In this document: positions 28,937 through 37,413 of the stretch, piece by piece | How positions within the stretch are numbered: the first letter of the stretch is position 1 | Layout: the number at the start of each line of letters is the position of its first letter | Assembly: GCA_016192455.1 (NCBI GenBank) | Contig: JACPUC010000021.1 | Span: forward strand, 62,001-99,629 | Source: Candidatus Tectimicrobiota bacterium | Lineage (GTDB): Bacteria; JACPUC01 | Reading direction: 5' to 3' | Length of the DNA stretch: 37,629 nt | Position numbers and translations under genes: made by a program | Notes under the pieces: generated by a model | The model's database searches: none | Seen by the model: only the letters and a program-made list of their open reading frames with translations | Told to the model about the DNA's origin: nothing

Positions 28937-29743
28937 ATGAGGCAGCGTAGAGAGCAGGTTTTCCTTCAACGCGGCGACGGCGCCTATGGCGCCGCGCGGC
29001 GGCTGCTGGAGCGCATGGGATTCGGGCTGCGCGGCAAGCGGGTCTTCGTGAAGCCGAACCTGGTGAACGCCAAGAGCGCGGCGGAGGGGGTGACGACCGA
29101 CCTGGGCGTCTGCCGGGCGATCTTCGAGCGCCTCGAAGACTGCCGCGTGACCCTCGGCGACGCCGGCGGCGACACCAAGGCGAGCCTGCGGCGCAACGGC
29201 TACACCAAGCTCTGCCGCGAGTTCGGCGTGGAGACCGTCGATCTGAACGACGACGAGATCGTCTGGCTGGAGGTGCCCCGGCCGGTGGTCTACGAGCGCG
29301 TCCCGTTCTCGCGCCGCGTTCTGGAGGCGGAGGTGCGCATCGACGTAGCGAAGCTGAAGCTGCACTCCAGCGCCCAGGTGACCCTGACGCTGAAGAACTG
29401 GTTCGGCTGCGTGCCGACCTACCGCGAGCGCTCGAAAATCCACCCCCGCATCAGCCGCGCCATCGTCGACCTCGTGCAGGTGGCGCCGCCGCACCTGTGC
29501 CTCATCGACGGCATCATCGGCAACAACTTCAACGAAGTGACCCCCTCGCCCATCCACGTCGGCATCATGATCGGCGGCCGCGACGCGCTCGCCGTGGATA
29601 TCGTCGGCACGCAGTGCATGGGCATCAACCCCGACGACATCGTGCAGCTCACCGAAGCGCGGCGCATCCTCGGCGAGCGCACCATCGCCATCGACGGCCC
29701 CGCCATCGAGGAGGTGATGGTGCCGTTCCTGGCGGGGGTGTAA
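28937..29743 (+). CDS. DUF362 domain-containing protein
   Basis: VFVKPNLV, GVTTD, AKLKLH, TLTLKNWFG, LIDGIIG and DALAVD. Confidence 0.88.
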   Translation: MRQRREQVFLQRGDGAYGAARRLLERMGFGLRGKRVFVKPNLVNAKSAAEGVTTDLGVCRAIFERLEDCRVTLGDAGGDTKASLRRNGYTKLCREFGVETVDLNDDEIVWLEVPRPVVYERVPFSRRVLEAEVRIDVAKLKLHSSAQVTLTLKNWFGCVPTYRERSKIHPRISRAIVDLVQVAPPHLCLIDGIIGNNFNEVTPSPIHVGIMIGGRDALAVDIVGTQCMGINPDDIVQLTEARRILGERTIAIDGPAIEEVMVPFLAGV

Positions 29744-29810
29744 GAGGCTGAGGAAGGGGAGCTGCGTCTGGTCGTGTACGGTCTCTGAAGCTTGATAAAG
29801 ACGAATTGGT

Positions 29811-29902
29811 GCGAGGGAGCCGCGCCCCCTCGCGCACCCCGCTTACGCGAGCTGCGGCGCAGCTCGCGGGGAGAGGGGGTGTGGGGGAACAATGTTCCCC
29901 CA
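29811..29902. repeat. Three adjacent hairpins between convergent genes
   Basis: GCGAGGG/CCCTCGC (29811-29833), CGCGAGCTGC/GCAGCTCGCG (29846-29868) and TGGGGGAAC/GTTCCCCCA (29882-29902). Confidence 0.6.
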
Positions 29903-29934
29903 TAAAAAAAGTAGCTCGTGCCGCCTCAACGTTG

Positions 29935-30813
29935 TCAGCGAACGCCCCCGCCGCCTTCCATCCTCCCCACCAGCGCCGCCAGTTCTTTCCGCATCTGCTC
30001 TTCCGGCAGGTTCACGCGCTGCCCGTGGCCAGGCAGGACCCAGGCGAACGAGTAGTCCAGCAGGCGGGCCATTGATCTTTTCTGTTCCGGCCAGGAGTGC
30101 CAGCAGACGCGGCGCGAGGCGTGCAGGCGCTGGGCGTCGCGGTCCCAGGAGAGGTGGTCGCCGGTGAAGAGGAAGCGGTTGCGGTAGAGGAGGACGCAAT
30201 GGCCGCGGGTGTGGCCGGGGGTGGGGATGATGGTGAAATCGGCGGCGAGGTGGACCGGATCGGCGCCGTCGAGGACGATCTCGGCATCGGGCTGGGCGGC
30301 TAGCTCGTGGCGGTGGATGATGCGCTGGCTGCCGAAGCGCGTGGCGTAGCGGTCGGAGTCGGCCACGTCGTCGCGGTGGGTCAGGAAGAGGTAGCGGAGG
30401 CCGCCGAGCTCCTCGAAGCGGCGCACCAGGTGCTTGACGTAGCGGGGTGAATCGATCAGCCAGTTTCCGGCGGGATGCTGCACGACGTAGCTGTTGCCGC
30501 CGTAGGAATCGGCGGAGTTGAAGCCGGCGTAGGAGACCTCCGCCTCCAGGAGGAGGGGGAAGTCCCGCATCGTCTGCTTGGCGCCGTTGGCGCCGATGGT
30601 GCCGATGGAGCCGGTGGGGCAGGAGAGGAGGGCGTGCAGGGCGCGGCGCGTCTGCGCTTCGGTGCTGGGCTGCGCCGCGACGTAGGAGCTGTCGCGGGCC
30701 TCGCCGAAGGTTTCCGGCGCGAGCTGGCGGCAGGCGTCGCAGTCGATGCAGGTGGAATCGACGAAAAACGCGCCGGCCGCGTTGAGGGCCAGACGCTTGC
30801 TCGGGTCGGCCAT
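29935..30813 (-). CDS. MBL-fold metallo-hydrolase with N-terminal ferredoxin-like domain
   Basis: CIDCDAC...CPTGSIG Fe-S motif; LTHRDD, PGHTRG, FTGDH and LPGHG MBL motifs. Confidence 0.92.
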   Translation of the reverse strand: MADPSKRLALNAAGAFFVDSTCIDCDACRQLAPETFGEARDSSYVAAQPSTEAQTRRALHALLSCPTGSIGTIGANGAKQTMRDFPLLLEAEVSYAGFNSADSYGGNSYVVQHPAGNWLIDSPRYVKHLVRRFEELGGLRYLFLTHRDDVADSDRYATRFGSQRIIHRHELAAQPDAEIVLDGADPVHLAADFTIIPTPGHTRGHCVLLYRNRFLFTGDHLSWDRDAQRLHASRRVCWHSWPEQKRSMARLLDYSFAWVLPGHGQRVNLPEEQMRKELAALVGRMEGGGGVR

Positions 30814-30898
30814 GCTGCCTCACGGGGCGCGCGCCGCCCCTCTGCACTCCTCCGCCACTTCGACGGCGCCGCCAAGCCGCCTTCGGGAGCCTCCCCCC

Positions 30899-32317
30899 TC
30901 AGCGGTTCGTGAGGTACTCTTGGATGCTGCGGGCGGCGATCTTCCCTTGCCCCATGGCCAGGATGACCGTCGCTCCGCCGGTGATGATGTCGCCGCCGGC
31001 GAAGACGCCGGGCTTCGAGGTCTGCCCGGTCTTCGTATCCACCTTGATGATGCCCTCTTTCGTCGTGATGATGTCCGGGCTGGTCTCGGCGATGATGGGG
31101 TTGACGTTGAAGCCGAGGGCGAAGATCGCCACCTGAGCCGGCACCACGTAATTCGAGTCCGCTACCGGCACGGGACGCCGCCGGCCCGACTCGTCCGGCT
31201 GCCCCAGCTCCATGCGCTGGAACTCAACGCCGGTGAGGAACCCGCGTTCGTTGCCCAGGAAGCGCACGGGGGAGGTGAGCCACTCGAAGCCGATGCCCTC
31301 CTCGGTGGCGTGGTGCATCTCCTCGACGCGGCAGGGCGCTTCGGCGGCGGTGCGGCGGTAGTAGATCGTCACCTGCCTCGTGCCCAGCCGCCGGGCGGTG
31401 CGCGCCGCGTCCATGGCCGTGTCGCCCGCGCCGATCACCGCAATACGCTCTCCCCGCACGATCGGCGTGTCGAACTCCGGGAACTTGTTCGCCCCCATGA
31501 GGTTGACGCGCGTCAGGAACTCATTCGCCGAGTACACCCCGTTGAGGTTCTCGCCGGGGATATTGAGGAAACGCGGGTGGCCGGCGCCGGTGCCGATGAA
31601 AACGGCGTGGTAGCCCTCCTCCTTGAGGAGATCGTCGATGCTGTAGAGGCGTCCGATGACGACGTTGCAGCGGAACTCCACGCCGAGCTTTTTCAGGTAG
31701 TCGATCTCGTGGTCGATCACCTCGATCGGCAGGCGGAAGCGCGGGATGCCGTAGACGAGCACCCCGCCGGGGCGGTGCAGGGCTTCGAAGACGGTGACGT
31801 CGTGTCCCTTGCGGATCATCTCGCCGGCCACCGTCAGCCCCGCCGGGCCCGAGCCGACCACGGCCACGCGGTAGCCGGTCTTCGGCGGCAGCTCCGGCAG
31901 CTCGCTGGCGCCGCTGGCGCGCTCATAATCGGCCACGAAGCGCTCCACCCGGCCGATCGCCACGGAGGTGTACTTCTTGGTCAATGCGCAGACCGCTTCG
32001 CACTGCTCCTCCTGCGGGCAGACGCGCCCACAGATGGCGGGGAGGATATTCGTCTCCTTGATCTTCTGCGCCGCCCCAAGGAAATCGCCTTGCTCGACCA
32101 GGGCGAGGAAGCCGGGGATGTCGATGCGCACCGGACAGCCTTCGATGCAGGTAGGGACGGGGCACTGCAGGCAGCGCTGCGCTTCCAGGATCGCGGTCTC
32201 AATGGAGTAGCCCAACGGCACTTCGTCGAAACTACAGACGCGCTTTTCCGGCTCCTGCTCGGGCATCGGGTTGCGGGAAATCTTCAGGCGTTCTTTCTTG
32301 CTCAGTGCAGCAGACAT
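30899..32317 (-). CDS. nfnB: GltD-like NADPH-dependent oxidoreductase (NfnB/SudA; often annotated as glutamate synthase small subunit)
   Basis: EAQRCLQC...CIEGCPV, ICGRVCPQEEQCE, GSGPAGL, YGIPRFRLP, IGAGDTAMD and GVFAGGDI. Paired with a PyrK-like gene; no gltB is adjacent. Confidence 0.9.
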   Translation of the reverse strand: MSAALSKKERLKISRNPMPEQEPEKRVCSFDEVPLGYSIETAILEAQRCLQCPVPTCIEGCPVRIDIPGFLALVEQGDFLGAAQKIKETNILPAICGRVCPQEEQCEAVCALTKKYTSVAIGRVERFVADYERASGASELPELPPKTGYRVAVVGSGPAGLTVAGEMIRKGHDVTVFEALHRPGGVLVYGIPRFRLPIEVIDHEIDYLKKLGVEFRCNVVIGRLYSIDDLLKEEGYHAVFIGTGAGHPRFLNIPGENLNGVYSANEFLTRVNLMGANKFPEFDTPIVRGERIAVIGAGDTAMDAARTARRLGTRQVTIYYRRTAAEAPCRVEEMHHATEEGIGFEWLTSPVRFLGNERGFLTGVEFQRMELGQPDESGRRRPVPVADSNYVVPAQVAIFALGFNVNPIIAETSPDIITTKEGIIKVDTKTGQTSKPGVFAGGDIITGGATVILAMGQGKIAARSIQEYLTNR

Positions 32318-32337
32318 TGACCCTCTCCCGTGACGCC

Positions 32338-33249
32338 TCAGGATTCCTTTGGGGTTGATGACTGGCGCGCCGTGGCGGTTTGTCCCGCAAGCGCCGCCAC
32401 CTGGCAGGACTCCTCCATCTCCGCCCGCCGACGTTCCAGCGCCTCGCGCTCTTCAGCCAGGTACATCGCGTTGCGCTGGCGGATCGCTTCGAAATCGACC
32501 AGGTGCCCGTCGAAGTCAGGCCCGTGCACGCAGGCGAAGCGGGTTTGCCCGCCGACGACGACGCGGCACGAGCCGCACATGCCCGTCCCATCCACCATGA
32601 TGGTGTTGAGGCTGACGAGGGTTCGGATGCGGTGCGGCCGCGTCAGCTCGCTCACCGCCTTCATCATCAGCATGGGGCCGACCGCCATGACGAAGTGCAC
32701 GGGGGCGCGCTCGATGATCTCGCGCAGCACATCGGTCACGATCCCCTTGCGGCCGTGGCTGCCGTCATCGGTGGTGACGTAGACCTCATCACAGAGCGCT
32801 CTCGTCTCCTCCTCCAGCAGCACAAGGCTCCGCTGACGGGCGCCAAGGATGGCAATGACGCGATTGCCCGCGTCGCGCAGGGCGGTGGCAATGGGTTGCA
32901 GGGCCCCCACGCCGAAGCCGCCGCCGATGAGCACGCAGGTGCCGTACTCGGCGATCGGCGTGGGCCGGCCGAGTGGCCCCACGACGTCGAGGAAGGCGTC
33001 CCCCACGGCGAGATCGTGAATCTCCCCGCTGGTCTTGCCGACGGCTTGCACCAGGAGGTAGATGAGGCCTTCCTCCATGTCGCTTCCGGCCAGACTGAGC
33101 GGCACGCGCTCGCCATGCTCGTGGGTGCGCACGATGACGAACTGACCGGGACGATACTTGCGAGCAATCTCAGGTGCGCGAACCGCCAGGTGGACGGTCT
33201 TGGGGGCGATCTCACGTCGCCTCACCACCTCGTAACGTGTTTGGATCAT
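32338..33249 (-). CDS. nfnA: Ferredoxin-NADP reductase/PyrK-like subunit (NfnA/SudB)
   Basis: PGQFVIVR...GERVPLS, VVGPLG, TTDDGSHG and the Asp-ligated [2Fe-2S] motif MVDGTGMCGSCRV...ACVHGPDFD. Confidence 0.9.
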   Translation of the reverse strand: MIQTRYEVVRRREIAPKTVHLAVRAPEIARKYRPGQFVIVRTHEHGERVPLSLAGSDMEEGLIYLLVQAVGKTSGEIHDLAVGDAFLDVVGPLGRPTPIAEYGTCVLIGGGFGVGALQPIATALRDAGNRVIAILGARQRSLVLLEEETRALCDEVYVTTDDGSHGRKGIVTDVLREIIERAPVHFVMAVGPMLMMKAVSELTRPHRIRTLVSLNTIMVDGTGMCGSCRVVVGGQTRFACVHGPDFDGHLVDFEAIRQRNAMYLAEEREALERRRAEMEESCQVAALAGQTATARQSSTPKES

Positions 33250-34154
33250 GGGCAATCACCCCGTCCTTGACAGAAAGTGCCAGGCGCTCCCGGAAGGTGG
33301 TCCCGTGGAAGTGCGCTGGCCGGCGGCAACGAAGGGGGACTGGCTTCGCCTCGTGAAATAGTTGCGGCCTGAACGCGCCGCCGCGTCGCAGGCGACCGCA
33401 AACGTAGACTGACCCCGCGAGAATCCCGCCGCGCCTCCTTCTCTCTCCGCGCTCCACCCTTCTCCGTCGAAACTTCCGGCGCAAGCCGAGGAGCTTTAGA
33501 ACAAAACTACAGCAAAAACTATTCCCTCCGAGCGCGCCCTCGGGGGGACCCACGCGATTCCTGCGATTCCTCTCCCGACGCCAGCCTCAGCCTGGGGGCG
33601 CGACCCGTGCTGTTGGTCGCGTGCCCTCTTCTGCCCATCCCTAGCATCAGGCCCAGTGCCAACTTGTCTCATCAGAGCCTGTCGGCGCCTCCTTTTTGCG
33701 TCACAATAAGCCTCAATATAGAGCGGCTCCGGAGGGCATGCCAACGGAAATCGTTTCAACTCCCATAATTACAGGAGGCGAGTTAAAAGACCCGACAGAC
33801 TTGTAACTTACTGAGGCGGCGGGAAATACTCCCGAGGCGAGAATTGCGGGCCAGCCTGGGCGCAGGCAGGGCAGGCGCCTCTCTCTGCCGCTCTAGTCAG
33901 GCAGGACCCGGGAGAGGGGCGGCGCAGCGCCCGGCGATGCGGGCCGTCGGGGAGTGGGGGCGAAGAGCGTGGCGGCAAGGAACGTGCCTGGCAGTGCTCT
34001 GGAGTCGAGCCGGCAGGTTGACAGGAACAACCCGCCTTGCAGCGCGGACGGCGCGACAGGCAGGCGAGGGGAGACGCGCCCCTCGCCCAACCTTACAACG
34101 TCACCTGTCAGGGGCAGAACCCAACGCCCGGCAGTGCGGTTCTGAGCTGCCGTC

Positions 34155-35249
34155 CTAGGCCTTGCGCGATGGCATGATCGCCTCGATGAACTCATCGCTC
34201 CAGCGGTGGCCTTCCGCCAGCATGCGACGCATCTTGATGAAGTCCGGCTCGCGCTGGCCCCGGGCCCCCTCGTTGAAAGCTTTGAAGCCGGCCTTTCCCT
34301 CGGTCATCATGTTCAGGCTCAGCCAGGCGCGGTTCGTCTCGCGGTTGCGATCCCAATGCTGCAGCTTGTGCTTGCGCAGTGACTCCACCGTCTTCGTGAG
34401 GCAGTCGGGCACCGTCATCATCAGCGCGGTGCAGTAGCGGTTCACCACTTCATCCAGGCGCGAGAGGTCGTACTGGCAGTGGCTGACGAGCTGCTTCGCT
34501 TGCTCGCGCGCCTGCCCCGTTTTCATTTCGCCGTAGACAATGTTGCCGCTCTCATCGACCCAGCGGTCGGTAACGACGAGCGGGTTCGGGATGTAGGCGC
34601 CATCTTTCTTCAGCACCGGCGCCACCTCGGAGAGGAGCCCCAGCCGCTTTGCCTTGTGGGCGCTCCAGAGCTCGCAGATGGTGTTGCTGAACATGGCGTT
34701 CTCGACGCCCACGTAGAGGGGGAGGAAATCGGTGGCGCCGCCGTCCGGCGCCGAGCCGTGCTTCGGGCCGGCCTGGCCGAAGAGCGCCATGTCGCTGGCG
34801 ACGGAAAGGTCGCAGGCCATGCCGATCTCCTGGCCGCCGGCCACGCGCAGGCCGTTGACGCGGCAGATGACCGGTTTGTCGCACTGCAGGATGGAGGTCA
34901 CCATGTCGTTGAAGAGGCGCATGTACTGCCGGTACTCATGCGGCTGGCCGGCGTAGTACTCGGCGTACTCCTTCGTGTTCCCTCCCGTGCAGAACGCTTG
35001 ATGCCCCACCGCCGAGAAGACCGCCGCCACCACGTCGCGCGCGTTCGAGGCCCGGCGGAAGGAGAGGATGATCTCCTTCACCGCCTGGGTGGTGTAGGAG
35101 TTGAGCTGGGACGGATTGTTGATCATGATCCAGGCGTTGGACAAGCCGTCCACCGGCTTGCCCTGCGCATCGAGACACGGCTTCAACTCGTAGATCACTT
35201 CAGCGTTCTTGTACTCCGGCACCAGGTTGTGGTCCACGAAAGTCGTCAT
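34155..35249 (-). CDS. oah: 6-oxocyclohex-1-ene-1-carbonyl-CoA hydrolase (Oah/BamA/BzdY)
   Basis: DHNLV, NNPSQLNSYTT, AFCTGGNTKEYAEYYAG, EYRQYMRLFNDMV, GGQEIGMACD, GPKHGSAPDGGATDFLP and LNMMTEGKAGF. ATG 35249 follows GGAGAG. Confidence 0.95.
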   Translation of the reverse strand: MTTFVDHNLVPEYKNAEVIYELKPCLDAQGKPVDGLSNAWIMINNPSQLNSYTTQAVKEIILSFRRASNARDVVAAVFSAVGHQAFCTGGNTKEYAEYYAGQPHEYRQYMRLFNDMVTSILQCDKPVICRVNGLRVAGGQEIGMACDLSVASDMALFGQAGPKHGSAPDGGATDFLPLYVGVENAMFSNTICELWSAHKAKRLGLLSEVAPVLKKDGAYIPNPLVVTDRWVDESGNIVYGEMKTGQAREQAKQLVSHCQYDLSRLDEVVNRYCTALMMTVPDCLTKTVESLRKHKLQHWDRNRETNRAWLSLNMMTEGKAGFKAFNEGARGQREPDFIKMRRMLAEGHRWSDEFIEAIMPSRKA

Positions 35250-35580
35250 AGCGCTCTCCACTCTTCTGAGATGACAGTTCCTCGCTTACGGGGGCGCGCT
35301 CGACGGCGCCACGGACCCGCCGCATGGCCCGGGAAACGGGCGCACTCTACCTCTTTCCTGCAGGCCCTTCCTGATCTCCAGGCGGTCGTTCGAAGGTCGT
35401 GCGTGGAACGCGCTGGGCGCCCCTCCGGCGGCCACCCGCCGCGCGGCGCCTTCGCTGCCACGAGGGGAGAACAGAGGGTTGGCGCATGGCTCCGCGGGGT
35501 ATGACGCCGGCCTCGGGGATCGAGCGCGGCGACCCCTCCGCGAGCAACCGCGGCGTGAGCTTTCGCGTTTACTCCAGGGT

Positions 35581-35609
35581 AATGTACGGTCGGGGGTATC
35601 AAATTTCAA
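35581..35609 (-). promoter_or_regulatory. Sigma70-type promoter upstream of oah
   Basis: Minus strand TTGAAA (35609-35604), 17-nt spacer, TACATT (35586-35581), in an AT-rich patch. Confidence 0.55.
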
Positions 35610-35689
35610 AGCCCTCCGTCAATTTTTCCCACCGTTCCCGAACGTTCCCCGGTGAGCATCCCTGCTGATCGCACTGGCCTGGGGTTGCC

Positions 35690-35724
35690 GGTGGCGCCTG
35701 TCTGCCGAACAAGCAGGCGCCACC
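35690..35724. repeat. Hairpin containing the dispersed GGCGCCTGTCTGC motif
   Basis: Perfect 11-bp inverted repeat GGTGGCGCCTG/CAGGCGCCACC; the 13-mer at 35693-35705 recurs at 37600-37612. Confidence 0.55.
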
Positions 35725-35846
35725 CTCCCAGGGGCAAGGATGGCAGGGGGGGAGCGCGTCGCCTGAGCACTTGACCCTCAGCAGCCGAAAGGCCGCGGGC
35801 GGGGTGCGCCCGCTTCGCGTTCCTCGGCTTTATCCCCCCGGACTGC

Positions 35847-36512
35847 TCACCGCGATGCCTCCCAGAGCGTCTCCCAGAACATCAGCTCGTAGTCTTGCAG
35901 GAGGCGGACGGCGCGCTTGACGAGGCGTGCGCTGACGCCGCGGGCGAGAGCCGCCTCGATAATGGTCGCGGCGGTGTCGGCGAGGCCGGGGGCCGGCGCG
36001 GCGAAGAGCTCGAAGAAGCGCACCTGCGCGGTGGTCATGCCGTAGCGGCTTCGCAGCGCCGCGCCTATCCTGCCGCAGTTCTCCCCCCAGGCGGGGAAGT
36101 TGACCGCGAAGGCGGCGGCCACCTGCGCATCCTCGCCGTAGTGGGCCAGCCACGCCATGTAGGCGCCGTAGGCGTGCGCCCCGGCCAGCGGCTCGTGCGC
36201 CTCAAGGTCCTCCTGCGTCATCTCCAGAGCGGCGGCGAGTGGCAGCAGCGCCTCCAGGGCGGCCTGCTCCGCCTGCACCCCGCCCAGGAAGAGCGGCCCG
36301 CTCACCCTGCCCCAGAAGCGCGACACGAGGTGCCCCATGCCGCGCAAGTCCCCGCTGATGATGTGAAACTGCTCGCCGGCGAAGAGGCGCAGCCGCGGGC
36401 GCGCGATACGCCCCTCCTCCAGCGCCGCCACGTACGGGTGGCGGCGGAGTTTCGCCTCGGTTTCCGCCAGCTCCTCACGGCATGCGGCAAAGATCGCGTC
36501 GGCGTTGGTCAT
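35847..36512 (-). CDS. TenA/THI-4/PqqC (heme-oxygenase-like) family protein
   Basis: RHPYVAALEEGRI...LRLFAGEQFHII, AYGAYMAWLA and C-terminal YELMFWE; RBS GAAAGGA. Confidence 0.85.
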   Translation of the reverse strand: MTNADAIFAACREELAETEAKLRRHPYVAALEEGRIARPRLRLFAGEQFHIISGDLRGMGHLVSRFWGRVSGPLFLGGVQAEQAALEALLPLAAALEMTQEDLEAHEPLAGAHAYGAYMAWLAHYGEDAQVAAAFAVNFPAWGENCGRIGAALRSRYGMTTAQVRFFELFAAPAPGLADTAATIIEAALARGVSARLVKRAVRLLQDYELMFWETLWEASR

Positions 36513-36753
36513 GGCGTGGTCCTTTCCCTTGCTCCCTGCATCTCACTTGGTTGCGTGCTGCGTGCGCCCAGGCAGGAGAGGCATGGTTCCCTGAGACGAT
36601 CCTTCCGGCAATGGAGGCTCCGAAGATTAGCACCGAAGCTCCCCGCCGACACTTAATTCCCCAGAATTGGCCGGAATTGGATTGTCGGCACGCAGATGCT
36701 ATCCTAGCATCGATGTCACCCACTTCAGCATTTCAGGGATGGAGGACGGGCCC

Positions 36754-37413
36754 ATGCAGATCATCCCCAGCGAGCATCGCCGCGATGAAATCTATAAACT
36801 GCTTACAGGCTGCGTGGTGCCGCGCCCCATCGCCTTTGTCAGCTCCCTGTCGCCGGCGGGGGTGCTGAACCTGGCGCCCTTCAGCTTCTTCAGCGTGGCC
36901 TGTCCCTATCCGCCCATCCTCTGCTTCTCACCGGGGCGGCGGCCCGACGGGCGGAAGAAGGACAGCGTGGTGAACGCCGAGACGACGGGCGAGTTCGTCA
37001 TCAACGTGGTGACCGCGCAGATGGCCGAAGGCATGAACGCCACCGCCTTCGACTTCGAGCCTGAGGTGGACGAGTTCGCCATCAGCGGCTTCACGCCAGT
37101 GGCGTCCGATCTCGTCAAGCCGCCGCGGGTGGCCGAGTCGCCGATCCAGATGGAGTGCCGCACCGAGCGCATCCTGGAGTTTGGCAATGGCCACCACTAC
37201 GTCGTCTTTGGCGAGGTGCTTAAGTTCCACCTTAACGAGGCCATCCTCGACGACGGCGGCCAGATCAACGTGGCGGCGGTGCACCCCATCGGCCGCCTCA
37301 ATCGCGCTTTTTATTGCCGCACGGACGACCAGTTCAAGCTGGCGCGGCCGCTCCAGCCGGGGACGGTCCCGAAGCTGGAGGAGGTGAGGTCGGTGCTGCG
37401 GGCGGGCGCCTAG
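36754..37413 (+). CDS. Flavin reductase family protein (flavoredoxin/DIM6/NTAB-like)
   Basis: VVPRPIAFVSS, NLAPFSFF, KDSVVNAETTGEFVIN and PPRVAESPIQMEC; RBS GGAGGA before ATG 36754. Confidence 0.93.
   Translation: MQIIPSEHRRDEIYKLLTGCVVPRPIAFVSSLSPAGVLNLAPFSFFSVACPYPPILCFSPGRRPDGRKKDSVVNAETTGEFVINVVTAQMAEGMNATAFDFEPEVDEFAISGFTPVASDLVKPPRVAESPIQMECRTERILEFGNGHHYVVFGEVLKFHLNEAILDDGGQINVAAVHPIGRLNRAFYCRTDDQFKLARPLQPGTVPKLEEVRSVLRAGA

Noticed and set aside
33250-33720. Rex operator upstream of nfnAB
   Set aside because: Only half-sites (TCGTGAA, TTGTGA) were seen; no TTGTGAA-N4-TTCACAA palindrome.
36513-36660. TPP riboswitch upstream of the TenA-family gene
   Set aside because: Only fragments (GGGGAGC, GCAGGGA) occur on the coding strand; the CTGAGA and GAACCTGA...TAAT core is absent in the right orientation.
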